Below, piece by piece: positions 37,247 through 47,190 of a DNA stretch of 64,000 nucleotides. Each line of letters begins with the position of its first letter. Positions within the stretch are counted from its first letter, which is position 1. A program made the translations under genes and the position numbers. The notes beneath the pieces were generated by a model. It had not been told where the DNA came from and did not search any database. It worked only from the letters and a program-made list of their open reading frames with translations. The stretch is from Spirochaetia bacterium (GTDB lineage Bacteria; Spirochaetota; Spirochaetia; DSM-2461): positions 1,472,001 to 1,536,000 of the forward strand of contig CAXXIA010000002.1 in assembly GCA_963666985.2 (NCBI GenBank), written 5' to 3'.

Positions 37247-37752
37247 GATCGCTTCAATGCCCTTTCTTGCCGGATTAAAAGAATAACCAAAAGAAAAGAA
37301 CCCACGACAAGACTCGCATCGGCGATGTTGAACGTCGGCCATCTCTCCAGTCCGAACAGACCGTAAAATTTGAAATCAAGAAAGTCAACAACACCCTCCG
37401 GACGAAAAATCCTGTCGATCTGATTCCCCAGGCCCCCGCCCAGAATGGCGGCCAGAGTCCAGCGCTGTCCCTTCGTGAGCTCTTTCCCTTTCACGATATA
37501 CACGGCTACGACGGTCATGACGATTAAGGGTATGACGATTAAAAAAATAATCCGAAGAACCTCGGAAATACCGCTGCCCATGCTGAAGGCCCCGCCTGTG
37601 TTGCGAACATGGATAAGCCGAAAAAAATCACCGCCGAAGCTCCATGCGGCCGTATAGAGGGGAATAAATCGAATAACCAAAACCTTGGTAATCTGATCCG
37701 CGATAATCAGCGCGGCGCTCAAAATGAAAAATCGATACGTCTTCAAAAACAT
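37243..37752 (-). CDS. lspA: lipoprotein signal peptidase (signal peptidase II)
   Basis: DQITK, NTGGAFS, GGLGNQIDR, VVDF, FNIAD. Confidence 0.95.
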   Translation of the reverse strand: MFLKTYRFFILSAALIIADQITKVLVIRFIPLYTAAWSFGGDFFRLIHVRNTGGAFSMGSGISEVLRIIFLIVIPLIVMTVVAVYIVKGKELTKGQRWTLAAILGGGLGNQIDRIFRPEGVVDFLDFKFYGLFGLERWPTFNIADASLVVGSFLLVILLIRQERALKRS

Positions 37753-37758
37753 CTCCCG

Positions 37759-38520
37759 TTAATAACCGGTCGGAATGTCGAGAAAGACCGTCTCAAGCGG
37801 CAGCTCGGAGGCGACTTTCTCGGCCATGGCCTTCACGCCGAAAATCTCGGTTAAGTAATGACCGGCGAACACAACGTTGATACCGGCTTCACGAGCCTCA
37901 TGATACACCTCATGAGAGGAATCTCCGGTTATGTAACAATCCAATCCTTCGGCAACGGCCTGCGAGGTTTCCCTGGTTCCGCCGCCTGAAAGAATCCCCA
38001 CGCTGCGGATTTCCTTCGGTCCGAATCTTAAAGCATTAATCCGGTCGGTCCACGATCCGAAGGCCTTTTCAATAACGGTTTCCAGTCCCATGGCCTCGGG
38101 AAGCAAACCTTTAAATCCGATCTTCTTGCCTTTATAGAGTCCGAACGGTTCGATTTCGGCAAGTTCCAGCACCTTAGCGATCCGTGCGTTGTTTCCCACT
38201 TCGGCATGCCGATCCAGCGGAAGATGGCAGGCATAAAGCGCCAAGCCGTTATTCATAAGGTAGCGAACCCGGCCCCCCATAACTCCGCTCAGCGCCGAGG
38301 CGGCCCCCCAGAACAGTCCGTGATGAACGAACAGCGCCTCGGCGCCTTCTTCTTTCGTCCGAATAAAAGAGTCCATGCAGGCGTCGACGGCAAAGGCCAT
38401 CTTGGACACCTCGTCCCGTCTTTCGCCGACCTGTATGCCGTTCAGCGAAATATCAATGCCGTCCGTCAGCTCGAACTCCAGCAGCGAACGGGCCCATGCG
38501 TCGAAATCACCCAACCTCAT
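37759..38520 (-). CDS. Nif3-like dinuclear metal-centre protein (YbgI family)
   Basis: NGIQV, VHHGLFW, HLPLDRH..GNN, AGHYLTE. Confidence 0.9.
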   Translation of the reverse strand: MRLGDFDAWARSLLEFELTDGIDISLNGIQVGERRDEVSKMAFAVDACMDSFIRTKEEGAEALFVHHGLFWGAASALSGVMGGRVRYLMNNGLALYACHLPLDRHAEVGNNARIAKVLELAEIEPFGLYKGKKIGFKGLLPEAMGLETVIEKAFGSWTDRINALRFGPKEIRSVGILSGGGTRETSQAVAEGLDCYITGDSSHEVYHEAREAGINVVFAGHYLTEIFGVKAMAEKVASELPLETVFLDIPTGY

Positions 38521-38651
38521 AAGGACCATTATAGGGGGCATCTCCGAGGCACGGAAGCGGTGAAAGAAGGGGATTCTCTTTGCCGTTCGGCGGGAGGCAC
38601 CTTATTTAAGGAACTCTTATCAGATTCCTTATTTACCGCTATATTCAAGCA

Positions 38652-41036
38652 ATGCTTCGAGTGCCCCGTGAACTCATCCCGGAAGACATCGTTCTCAAAA
38701 TAGAAATTCCCGATGAATACATGCGGGATTCGGACGGACCGGACGATAAAAAATGGGCCGTCGTAGGACAGGACAGGGCCGTGAAAGCCCTGGAAATGGG
38801 TCTTTCCATCCGGGCCAAAGGGTACAATATCTACGTTGCCGGCGAAGCCGGAACGGGAAAACATACGGCCGTCATGGATATTCTTTCGCGGCACCGAAAA
38901 AAGAACGGAACGCTGCGGGATATCGTCTATGTTCAGAATTTCAAAGAACCGGACAAACCTCTGAACCTGGTCTTTCCCGAAGGAAAAGCTCGGGTTTTCA
39001 AGGAAGAGGTAAAGCATCTGGTGGATCGGCTGTCCGACCGGATTTCCAACGACCTGGACGCCGAAACCTACAAAGCGAAACGCGACACGCTCATCGCCGA
39101 AATTGAATCTGGCGAAAACAAGATACTCGCCGATTTCGAAAATCAGCTGGCCGCCGAAGGCTTCCGTACGGTTCAAACCGACGATGAAGACGAAGGCCAG
39201 GCCACCGATATTGCCCCGGTCATCGATGGAGAAATCGTTCTCTTTGAAGATCTGCAGGATCTTGTTTCCTCCGGGAACATTCCCGAAAACGTCTGGACGG
39301 AAACCCGGGAGCGCTACTTCGTCTATATGGACGCCATGAAACGGATTTACAGAGATCTCCGAATCGCCCGGGAAAACATGGCGGCAACACTCGAAAAGCT
39401 TAAACTCGATACCATCCGCCCGGGAGTGGAAGAAGAATGCGCATCCCTCTTTACGGCATGGGATGACGAACCGGTCGGCGGCTATCTGGAAAGCCTCAAG
39501 GACGATGTCCTGGAAAACGCGGACTGGTTTACCGACGAAGACGATGCCGATGAGGAACTCGATTTTTCCGTCCGTTACGGTGTAAACATCGTCGTCGATC
39601 GGCACGACGCCGAGGAACTGCCGGTTATTCACGAAACGAATCCGACCAAAGCCAATCTCTTCGGCGCCATCGAAGCCCGCTACGATGTCTCGGGCGAACT
39701 GCGGACGAACATGATGATGATCAAAGCCGGTTCGCTTCTTCAAGCCGACGGCGGATTTCTCATTCTTCAAGCCGAGGACGTCTTTTCCAAGGAAGGCATT
39801 TGGCAAGAACTCAAACGGGCGCTGCAGACAGGCCATATCGAACCGGAAGTCCAATCAACCCCCTTGGGTCCCCTCCCCATTCTGATGAAGCCGGAGCCCG
39901 TCAGTTCCGAAACAACGGTCCTTCTTGTCGGACCGGCCCGCATTTACGAAACCCTCTGCGCCCAGGATGAAGAATTCATGAAGCTCTTCAAGGTGGCCGC
40001 CGAGTTCAGTCCCGTGATGAACCGGGAACCGAAAACCGAAAAAGAATACGCGGCGTTTGCCCGCAGCCTGGCAAAAAAGGAAGAACTTCTGCCCCTGAAC
40101 GCCGACGGTATCCGCGGCGTCATTTCTTACGGAGTGCTCCTGTCTGAAAAGCGGGACCGCTTGAGTACGCGGTTCAGCCTTATCGGCGACCTTATCCGGG
40201 AGTCCAACTACGGAGCCCGAAAATCCGGGAAAGAAGTTATCGACGGCGATGCCGTTCGGGAGGCAATCGCCTCTCGGGACTACTTGGGAAATTTGCCCGA
40301 AGAAATGCTCATCGATCAGATTCGCAGCGGCATCTTGATCATCGACGTGGACGGACGAAAAACGGGAACCGTCAACGGACTCGCGGTTCTGGAGCGGGGA
40401 TTCTATGCATTCGGCACGCCGCTGCGCATTACCGCGGCGGTCGGCCCCGGGAAGGAAGGACTTATCAACATCGAAAGGGAATCGGGTCTTTCCGGGGAAC
40501 TCCACGATAAGGGAGTTTTTCTTCTTGAAGGATATCTGCGCTATCGGTACGCCCGCAGGCAGCAGCTCTCGGTTACCGCAAGCATCGCCGTTGAACAGTC
40601 GTATTATGAAATCGACGGTGATTCGGCCTCGGCGGCCGAACTGGCGGCTCTGCTCTCGGCCATCGCCGAAGTTCCCGTCCGTCAGGATATCGCCGTTACC
40701 GGCGCCGTGAATCAGGAAGGCGTTGTTCAGCCGGTCGGCGGCATCCACGAAAAAGTCCACGGGTTCTTCAGAGCCTGCGAAGCCAAGGGGATGACCGGTA
40801 GACAAGGAGTTATCGTACCGGCCGGAAATGTCGGGGCCGTCATTCTTCCGCAAAATGTCGTCGATGCGGTGAAGGAAGGGCGGTTTCACATCTGGGCGGC
40901 GGAAACGATGGATGAGATCATGACCCTCCTCACGGGCCTGCCCGCGGGCCGGGAGCGCCGAAACGGCCGCTTCGAATCTCACAGTTTTAATGAAAAAGTA
41001 CGCAGAGGTTTGGCCGAATTCGTCGATTTGTCCTGA
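38652..41036 (+). CDS. Lon-like protease (LonC/YcbZ-type AAA-like + S16 domain)
   Basis: VGQDRA, GEAGTGK, VNGLAV, DGDSAS (catalytic Ser), VGGIHEKV (catalytic Lys). Confidence 0.88.
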   Translation: MLRVPRELIPEDIVLKIEIPDEYMRDSDGPDDKKWAVVGQDRAVKALEMGLSIRAKGYNIYVAGEAGTGKHTAVMDILSRHRKKNGTLRDIVYVQNFKEPDKPLNLVFPEGKARVFKEEVKHLVDRLSDRISNDLDAETYKAKRDTLIAEIESGENKILADFENQLAAEGFRTVQTDDEDEGQATDIAPVIDGEIVLFEDLQDLVSSGNIPENVWTETRERYFVYMDAMKRIYRDLRIARENMAATLEKLKLDTIRPGVEEECASLFTAWDDEPVGGYLESLKDDVLENADWFTDEDDADEELDFSVRYGVNIVVDRHDAEELPVIHETNPTKANLFGAIEARYDVSGELRTNMMMIKAGSLLQADGGFLILQAEDVFSKEGIWQELKRALQTGHIEPEVQSTPLGPLPILMKPEPVSSETTVLLVGPARIYETLCAQDEEFMKLFKVAAEFSPVMNREPKTEKEYAAFARSLAKKEELLPLNADGIRGVISYGVLLSEKRDRLSTRFSLIGDLIRESNYGARKSGKEVIDGDAVREAIASRDYLGNLPEEMLIDQIRSGILIIDVDGRKTGTVNGLAVLERGFYAFGTPLRITAAVGPGKEGLINIERESGLSGELHDKGVFLLEGYLRYRYARRQQLSVTASIAVEQSYYEIDGDSASAAELAALLSAIAEVPVRQDIAVTGAVNQEGVVQPVGGIHEKVHGFFRACEAKGMTGRQGVIVPAGNVGAVILPQNVVDAVKEGRFHIWAAETMDEIMTLLTGLPAGRERRNGRFESHSFNEKVRRGLAEFVDLS

Positions 41037-41124
41037 AACATATATTCATGGATGGTATTTTTAATTGTTTGACAGGAAAAAACCTGCCGAAAAGAATATA
41101 AAGAAAGTATAAGGAACTGTATTA

Positions 41125-42606
41125 ATGCCGAATCAAAAAGTCGTCGAGAAAATCAAGCAATCGGTCAGGACGTCGGCTCCCCTGACGGTGACGACGTATA
41201 AACTGCCCCATGAAACCGAAGAACAAATAGACGAGATTTTGGGCGCTTATCTGGACGAACTCGGACAAAGCGGCTTGAAGGATCACCTCTCCTACTGCCT
41301 CAAAGAATTGGCGGTAAACGCGAAAAAAGCCAACACGAAAAGAGTTTACTTCGAAGAGAAACAACTGAATTTGCAGAATAAAGAAGACTATACCGAAGGG
41401 ATGAGGAAATTCAAAGAAGAGACTCTCGACAACTATGATTACTGGCTGGAACTCCAAAAAAGCAAAGGCCTCTTCATTAAATTCCTCTTTCATCCGAAAG
41501 GACGCAATTTCAGAATATCCGTTAAAAACAACGTTGAAATTACCCGTAAGGAGCAAATGCGCGTCTATGATCGGATCGCACGCTCCCGCGCCTTCGAAAC
41601 ACTGGAAGAAGCGTTCGCCGAAGTTCTGGACGATTCCGAAGGCGCCGGATTGGGCATCGTTATTCTCGTACTGATGCTGCGGAAAATGGGCCTGGACGAA
41701 GACGCATATGAAATCGAGGGAGAAAACGGCATTACCACCGCGAGCATTACCGTTCCCATCAACGAAGTAAAACTCGAAAAGATGGACATGCTCATCAATC
41801 AAATCGTCGAAGAAATCGATCGGCTGCCGCAGTTCCCCGAAAACATCGTCGCCATCCAGAGGCTCATCAACGATCCCAAGAGCGAAATCGCCGATATCGC
41901 GCGCAAAATCAGCACCGACCCCTCTCTTACGGCGGACTTGCTTAAAACCGTCAACTCGGCCCAGTTCATGCTTCCCAACAAGGTGGACAACATCGTCGAC
42001 GCGGTGAAGATGCTGGGACTTCGCGGCGTGAAGAACATGCTCTTCAGCTACGGAACGGAAAAAATCTTGAATCTTCCCTTGCATCCGGAACTTTGGGATC
42101 ATGCCCATAAGGTCGCCTTCTACAGCTTCACTCTGGCCAGGCAAATCACCCGCAGCAAGGACATCATCGACGATGCCTACGTGGGCGGCGTTCTGCACGA
42201 CATAGGAAAGATCGTCTTCTCGGCGGTTCACCCCGATCTTCTTGAAAAAATTCGGAACTTCAGTTCCCAGCGCGATATCGCCCCGGCCCTCTTCGAAGAT
42301 ATATCCGCCGGGTACAACCATGCTGAAATCGGCGCGAAAATCGCCGAAAAATGGAATTTCTCCGATTCGCTGATCGAAGCCATACGCTACCACCACGAAC
42401 CGGCGATGTGCCGCCCCGAACACCGTCTTATCGTTTACTGCGTGTATCTGGGCAATGCGTTCTGCGCCTATGAATCGGGAGAAATCCATTACGAGGGATT
42501 GGATCATGCAATTCTCTCAAAATTCCGCATTACCTCCGAAGATCAATTCAAAGAAGTGCAGCACAGACTGGAAGCCGACTATTCGGCGGAAGTCGATTTG
42601 GGCTGA
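41125..42606 (+). CDS. HDOD-domain signalling protein with N-terminal HATPase-like region
   Basis: ELAVNAKKAN, EGAGLG; LPQFP, DPSLTADLLKTVNS, LHDIGK, HAEIG, YHHEP. Confidence 0.85.
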   Translation: MPNQKVVEKIKQSVRTSAPLTVTTYKLPHETEEQIDEILGAYLDELGQSGLKDHLSYCLKELAVNAKKANTKRVYFEEKQLNLQNKEDYTEGMRKFKEETLDNYDYWLELQKSKGLFIKFLFHPKGRNFRISVKNNVEITRKEQMRVYDRIARSRAFETLEEAFAEVLDDSEGAGLGIVILVLMLRKMGLDEDAYEIEGENGITTASITVPINEVKLEKMDMLINQIVEEIDRLPQFPENIVAIQRLINDPKSEIADIARKISTDPSLTADLLKTVNSAQFMLPNKVDNIVDAVKMLGLRGVKNMLFSYGTEKILNLPLHPELWDHAHKVAFYSFTLARQITRSKDIIDDAYVGGVLHDIGKIVFSAVHPDLLEKIRNFSSQRDIAPALFEDISAGYNHAEIGAKIAEKWNFSDSLIEAIRYHHEPAMCRPEHRLIVYCVYLGNAFCAYESGEIHYEGLDHAILSKFRITSEDQFKEVQHRLEADYSAEVDLG

Positions 42607-42723
42607 TTTCGTCCGTTTTCGTTCTTCCAAATCCCGTCCTCTTTTCATGCTTTCTCCGAACGGATACTTGACAATCTTATAATATCTATTATTTTCTATA
42701 TAGAGTTCACAAAGGAGAACATC

Positions 42724-42954
42724 ATGGCCGTTACCATTTACACCACGCCGAGCTGCGGATACTGCAATATCGCCAAGAATTATTTTCGCCAAAACAAAGT
42801 GTCTTACACCGAATACGACGTATCCAAAGATCAGCGCAGAGCCGAGGAGATGGTCCGGAAATCCGGTCAGATGGGCGTACCCGTTATCGATATCAACGGA
42901 CGGGTTATCGTGGGATTCAATCAATCGGAAATAGAACGCAGTCTGAAGCGCTGA
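42724..42954 (+). CDS. glutaredoxin-like protein (NrdH/YruB type)
   Basis: YTTPSCGYC, GQMGVPV, VGF; AAGGAG RBS. Confidence 0.92.
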   Translation: MAVTIYTTPSCGYCNIAKNYFRQNKVSYTEYDVSKDQRRAEEMVRKSGQMGVPVIDINGRVIVGFNQSEIERSLKR

Positions 42955-43069
42955 GGCTCCAAAAGAGCACCGGCCGCTCGTCCCGCGTTCAAATGTTTCG
43001 CCGCGCAGCCTTTCGCAGGGATCTTGAACAAGCAGGCCCGCCGAACGCTAAAGCTGAGAACGAAAACGA

Positions 43070-43891
43070 TTAGATGCGCGCGCCTTCCCGGAAACTGCGC
43101 GTCCAGGCATGAATCAGGATTCCGAAAGCCACGCCCACATTCAATGATGCTTTAAGGCCGGGCAATCCGATGCTTACGATGCCGGCGGATTTCTCGGCCC
43201 GTTCCAGCGTTCTCGGCGAAACACCCAATTCCTCCGATCCCAGCACAACGGTTCCCGCCGCGGGGAAATCGAAATCCTTGAGTTCCGCTCCTCCCAGCTC
43301 CAAAGCGAAAAGAGGTCCGGTTTCCGCCGAGGTCAACTCGTCCAAATCACGGATATCCCACGAAAGTCCGTCCGCGGCGCCCATGGAACTCCGCTTCGAA
43401 CGCGGATGATCCGGCTCGGCGCCGTCGGGAGAGGCCCACAGGTGTTCCACGCCGAAGGCCTGGCATGTCCGGAGAATGGAACCGACGTTGAACGGACTCC
43501 GCAGACCGTCCAGATAAACCCGAAAGGGGAAAAGGGCCGAACCCTCTTCCGAAGATTCATATCGTCCCCTGTCTCCCGGACTCTCCATGTCCCAATCGGC
43601 CCAATCTCGTCCCAAGGCCGCAAGCAGTGCATGCCGGAGGGAATTTATGGTTCTGATGTTCATGCCGCTCTGCGAAGAAGCTGAAAAATCATCTGCCGCC
43701 GCCGCGGCCGAGAAGCGAATATTCTCCGGCCAAGCCTCATCCTTGGCAATGAGCCGGAGCACGCCGTTCCAATAAACCGGGTCCGCATCTCCTCCGGCGG
43801 CCAGAATCCGTTCCAATTCGGCAAGAAGGGCCGCGTACTTGCGCATCCTTGTGCCTTCGGAAAGAGAGATGAGTTTTCGGAGACTTATCAT
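43070..43891 (-). CDS. TrmH/SpoU family RNA methyltransferase
   Basis: LRSPFNVGSILR, LGSEELGV, SLNVGVA. Confidence 0.88.
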   Translation of the reverse strand: MISLRKLISLSEGTRMRKYAALLAELERILAAGGDADPVYWNGVLRLIAKDEAWPENIRFSAAAAADDFSASSQSGMNIRTINSLRHALLAALGRDWADWDMESPGDRGRYESSEEGSALFPFRVYLDGLRSPFNVGSILRTCQAFGVEHLWASPDGAEPDHPRSKRSSMGAADGLSWDIRDLDELTSAETGPLFALELGGAELKDFDFPAAGTVVLGSEELGVSPRTLERAEKSAGIVSIGLPGLKASLNVGVAFGILIHAWTRSFREGARI

Positions 43892-43982
43892 GCTTTATAC
43901 CGGCCGAAAGAAAACGTCTGCCGCGGCGAACCGGCCGCCGATAAACCCGATAATAATCCGAAAGCGGCCGAAAACCGCTTTT

Positions 43983-45098
43983 TCATGAAGCGATTTCCAG
44001 AATGTCGCGGAATGCGGCCTCGTCCAGATCGGATCGATAGGATTTCATCATGGCGGACGCCCATTCCGCGGCGGGCATGATTTCGGAAAGGGCCGCTCCC
44101 AAATCGCGCAGTCTTCCGGGTATGCCGATTCGGCCGAAAAGGGCGCGGACATCGTCCGCGGGGCGGTTCGTGGGCTCACCTTCGGAATCGGCGAACAGCC
44201 GGGAAAATTCGGCGTTTTTAGGCGATCCGGTAAACAGAGGCGATTCCAGCATCCAGGGCAGCAGAACCGCCGAAGCGGCCGCCTTGGAAACGCCGCAGGC
44301 TCCCGCCGAGGCCCAGGAAAGAAGAGAGATAGAACCGGGCGCGGTAAGCCCCGTCGCCAAAGCGCAGAGTACGGACGCTTCGATCATCCGCAAGCGGAAT
44401 TGACGTTCCGAGGCGCTTTGCTTAACTTCCCGGAGCAGATTTTTAATGATTCCTATCGCCGAGACGGCCTGAACATCGGAAAGAAATACGGATCTCGGTG
44501 AAAGATACGATTCGGAAGCCGCCGCCAGAAGGGCGGCCAGTTCAAGGGCCGCTTCACCGGGTGAATAGCGTCCCGAAAGCGAAGCGTCCATAAGAACGGT
44601 ACGGGAAGAAGGCGCCGAAAGAGGAACCAGAATGGTCCGCGCGGAGGAAAGATCCGAGAGCAGAGCTTCGTCACGGAACAGAAGAGGATGCCGGCCCGCG
44701 GCGGGAATTTCCAAAACGGTCAGCCCGGAACCTTCCACGGGAGCGCCGGAGAGAATCGAGGAGGCCCTGAGCCGCCCCGGAGCGGCCGCCGCGGTCAGCC
44801 TGGCCAAAGAGAGGATATCTTCACCGCCGAAAGCAATAATCATCTCGGCGTGCGATCCTCTTGCCAGAGACAAGGTTTCTTCCAAAGCCGCCGAATCCGA
44901 GCAAAGGCCCTCGCGGGCGAAAAGGATCGTATCGATTCCCAAAGAATCCAGCTGTTCCTGTATGGTTTCCGACGCGAACTCCACAGCCGCGTCCGCGATC
45001 ATCAGTGCCCGCCCGCCCCAATCAACGGCCGATCCGCCGAGATTCGCTACCGAGCCAATGATAATCTTCGGCGAAAAGCGCATATTGAATTCAGCCAT
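43983..45098 (-). CDS. divergent iron-containing alcohol dehydrogenase-fold protein
   Basis: F.M.FSPKIIIG N-terminus, IIAFGG, AVLLPW, GIPGRLRDLG; catalytic motifs degenerate; GAGGGA RBS. Confidence 0.65.
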   Translation of the reverse strand: MAEFNMRFSPKIIIGSVANLGGSAVDWGGRALMIADAAVEFASETIQEQLDSLGIDTILFAREGLCSDSAALEETLSLARGSHAEMIIAFGGEDILSLARLTAAAAPGRLRASSILSGAPVEGSGLTVLEIPAAGRHPLLFRDEALLSDLSSARTILVPLSAPSSRTVLMDASLSGRYSPGEAALELAALLAAASESYLSPRSVFLSDVQAVSAIGIIKNLLREVKQSASERQFRLRMIEASVLCALATGLTAPGSISLLSWASAGACGVSKAAASAVLLPWMLESPLFTGSPKNAEFSRLFADSEGEPTNRPADDVRALFGRIGIPGRLRDLGAALSEIMPAAEWASAMMKSYRSDLDEAAFRDILEIAS

Positions 45099-45109
45099 GG
45101 TTCCCTCAC

Positions 45110-45137
45110 AAAAAAGGCAGGGCATGACGCCCTGCCT
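45110..45137 (-). terminator. intrinsic terminator after flgM
   Basis: AGGCAGGGC-GTCAT-GCCCTGCCT followed by TTTTT on the minus strand. Confidence 0.8.
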
Positions 45138-45161
45138 CCCATTGCTCGTTTACTTGGAGTT

Positions 45162-45446
45162 TCAGACGCCGAAAACGTCCAGCAGCTTATCCGCAACCGC
45201 CCCGATAATTGTATCATTGATATAATTCGGATCCTGGAGTTTTGCCTTAACCTCCTCAACCCTGTCCATGCGGACATCGGGCGTGTCACGAACTATATCG
45301 GCGGTTTGCTGGAGTGCGGCGGACCGTCTGGCCTCTTCGGATACGGCGATTGTATCCGCGTTGGTCTGCTCGGCGACTTTAGCCGGCTTGCCGGTCTTAT
45401 TGTACTTCGCGACCGGATCTACCGGTCCCAGCCTATCAATGGTCAT
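45162..45446 (-). CDS. flgM: anti-sigma-28 factor FlgM
   Basis: DTIAVSEEA, PDVRMDRVEEVKAKL..PNY, VADKLL; GAGGAG RBS; upstream sigma-28 promoter. Confidence 0.9.
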   Translation of the reverse strand: MTIDRLGPVDPVAKYNKTGKPAKVAEQTNADTIAVSEEARRSAALQQTADIVRDTPDVRMDRVEEVKAKLQDPNYINDTIIGAVADKLLDVFGV

Positions 45447-45474
45447 ATTCACTCCTCACTCCGATTCACTATTA

Positions 45475-45501
45475 ATATCGGCAATGACCCTATAATTTTA
45501 A
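45475..45501 (-). promoter_or_regulatory. sigma-28 (FliA) promoter of flgM
   Basis: TTAA-N15-GCCGATAT (or TAAA-N14). Confidence 0.75.
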
Positions 45502-45546
45502 CCGGCCTCGATTCAAAAAGCGAAAGAATCAGATAAAAAACAACAA

Positions 45547-46221
45547 TCAGCCGGCTCCCACCAAGAGGGTGAATTCGCCTTTTAGGGTACCTCGTGATTG
45601 CAAAACGGCCAAGACCTCATCGGCCGTTCCCGAGATAAATTCTTCGAATTTCTTCGTTATTTCTCTTCCCAGGAGCATTTTACGCTGTGAATCAAGCTCT
45701 CGAAGCTCCTCCAGAAGCTTCATTATCCTGAACGGAGACTCATAAAGAACGAAAATTCGCTCCAAAGAAAGAAGTTCTTCCAGACGATTTCGGCGGCGGC
45801 CGGCCTTCGGAGAGAGAAATCCTTCAAAAATGAAGCCTTTTCCGGCCGTTCCGGCGATACTGACGATGGTCGTAACGGCGGAAGCACCCGGCAGGGGCAC
45901 CACGTTATGGCCCGCGTCTCGAACGGCCGCGGCCAAACGGCTTCCCGGATCGCTCACACCCGGCGTGCCGGCGTCCGAAACATAAGCGACGTCTTGGCCC
46001 TTTTCCAAAAGCATGACAATGCCCTTGGAGCTCGCCTCTTCATTGCGGGCCCGGCAGCTGATAAGCGTTTGGGGAGAAATATCATACCGATCGAGCAGTT
46101 TCCTGGTCTGCCTGGTATCCTCGGCCGCGATAACCGGAACTTCTCCGAGAACGCGGACGGCCCGATAGGTAATGTCCTCAAGGTTGCCGATAGGCGTTGC
46201 GACGACGTAAAGTGTTGCCAT
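45547..46221 (-). CDS. rsmI: 16S rRNA (cytidine1402-2'-O)-methyltransferase
   Basis: LYVVATPIGNLEDITYRA, AEDTR, SDAGTPGVSDPG, YESPFR, REITKKFEE, KGEF. Confidence 0.95.
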   Translation of the reverse strand: MATLYVVATPIGNLEDITYRAVRVLGEVPVIAAEDTRQTRKLLDRYDISPQTLISCRARNEEASSKGIVMLLEKGQDVAYVSDAGTPGVSDPGSRLAAAVRDAGHNVVPLPGASAVTTIVSIAGTAGKGFIFEGFLSPKAGRRRNRLEELLSLERIFVLYESPFRIMKLLEELRELDSQRKMLLGREITKKFEEFISGTADEVLAVLQSRGTLKGEFTLLVGAG

Positions 46222-46304
46222 GGAAATGAGTATACGCCATTCGGCGTCTTTTTATCTCGTCCCGCATTTTACAGATACCGCATCGTCCGAAAAACGGCTT
46301 CTCA

Positions 46305-46340
46305 TTGACCTCGCTCAAAGGCCGATTATAATGAAATTAC
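46305..46340 (+). promoter_or_regulatory. sigma-70 promoter of the Fur-family gene with an overlapping Per-box-like site
   Basis: TTGACC-16-TATAAT ending 8 nt before ATG; TTATAATGAAATTAC at 46326-46340. Confidence 0.6.
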
Positions 46341-46739
46341 ATGACTCCCGATGCAGTGAAACATAGAAAAAGCCGGATTCGTTTGGAAATTTTGGATTAC
46401 CTTCAACAAACCGACACTCACCCGACGGCCGAAGAAATATACCTTGAAATCAGACGGAACCACCCCAGCGCCAGTTACGCAACCGTTTACAGGAACTTGA
46501 ACATCCTCGTTGATCAGGGCGAAGTTAAGCGAATCGAATCCTCAAGAAGCAAAGACCGCTTCGACGCACGTCTTCATTTTCACGCTCATTTCCACTGCGA
46601 TGCCTGCGGTGCTCTTTTCGATATTCCGTTCGATATCGAAAAAAGAACTCGGGATATTGAAGTACGAACCGGCCATCGAATGAACAGCTGCAGCGTTGAA
46701 TACCACGGCATCTGCGCCGCATGTCTCCGAAAATCCTAA
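46341..46739 (+). CDS. Fur family regulator, PerR-like
   Basis: HPTAEEIY, ATVYRNL, RFD, HAHFHCDACG..FDI, CAAC. Confidence 0.9.
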   Translation: MTPDAVKHRKSRIRLEILDYLQQTDTHPTAEEIYLEIRRNHPSASYATVYRNLNILVDQGEVKRIESSRSKDRFDARLHFHAHFHCDACGALFDIPFDIEKRTRDIEVRTGHRMNSCSVEYHGICAACLRKS

Positions 46740-46755
46740 AGGGCGTTCGAAAAAC

Positions 46756-47190
46756 ATGTCCGTCGAAATCCTCGTCGCATTAATTCTTATCCTGCTTCTG
46801 GGTGTTCTGGTAATTCTGATTTGGGGATGGAAGGCCGGCGAGAAAAGCGTTTCGAAAGATGCGGTAAACGGCGCGGATTGGGAGTTCGAAGAATCTCCGA
46901 GCGGTACCCAATGTCCTCTATGCGGGGAATTTCTTCCCAGGGGGATGCGCGTCCATTCGGTTGTGTATCCGGGAAGGGAATTCGATTTGATGCGCATCTA
47001 CGGCTGTCCGAATTGCCGTTCGGACGGCCCCGGGAACGCCGATCGGGTTCTTCGAAAACGGTATTGTCCCTACTGCGGCGAAAAATTGCCGGCGGACGGC
47101 TACGTGATGGCGCAAGTCTACAGGAAGCCTTACAAAAAACCTCACGTGCATGTGTACGGGTGTACGGTCTGCAAGCCGGGCCGGGGCTGA
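46756..47190 (+). CDS. membrane-anchored protein with four CxxC motifs
   Basis: N-terminal TM, then CPLC, CPNC, CPYC, CTVC. Confidence 0.75.
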   Translation: MSVEILVALILILLLGVLVILIWGWKAGEKSVSKDAVNGADWEFEESPSGTQCPLCGEFLPRGMRVHSVVYPGREFDLMRIYGCPNCRSDGPGNADRVLRKRYCPYCGEKLPADGYVMAQVYRKPYKKPHVHVYGCTVCKPGRG

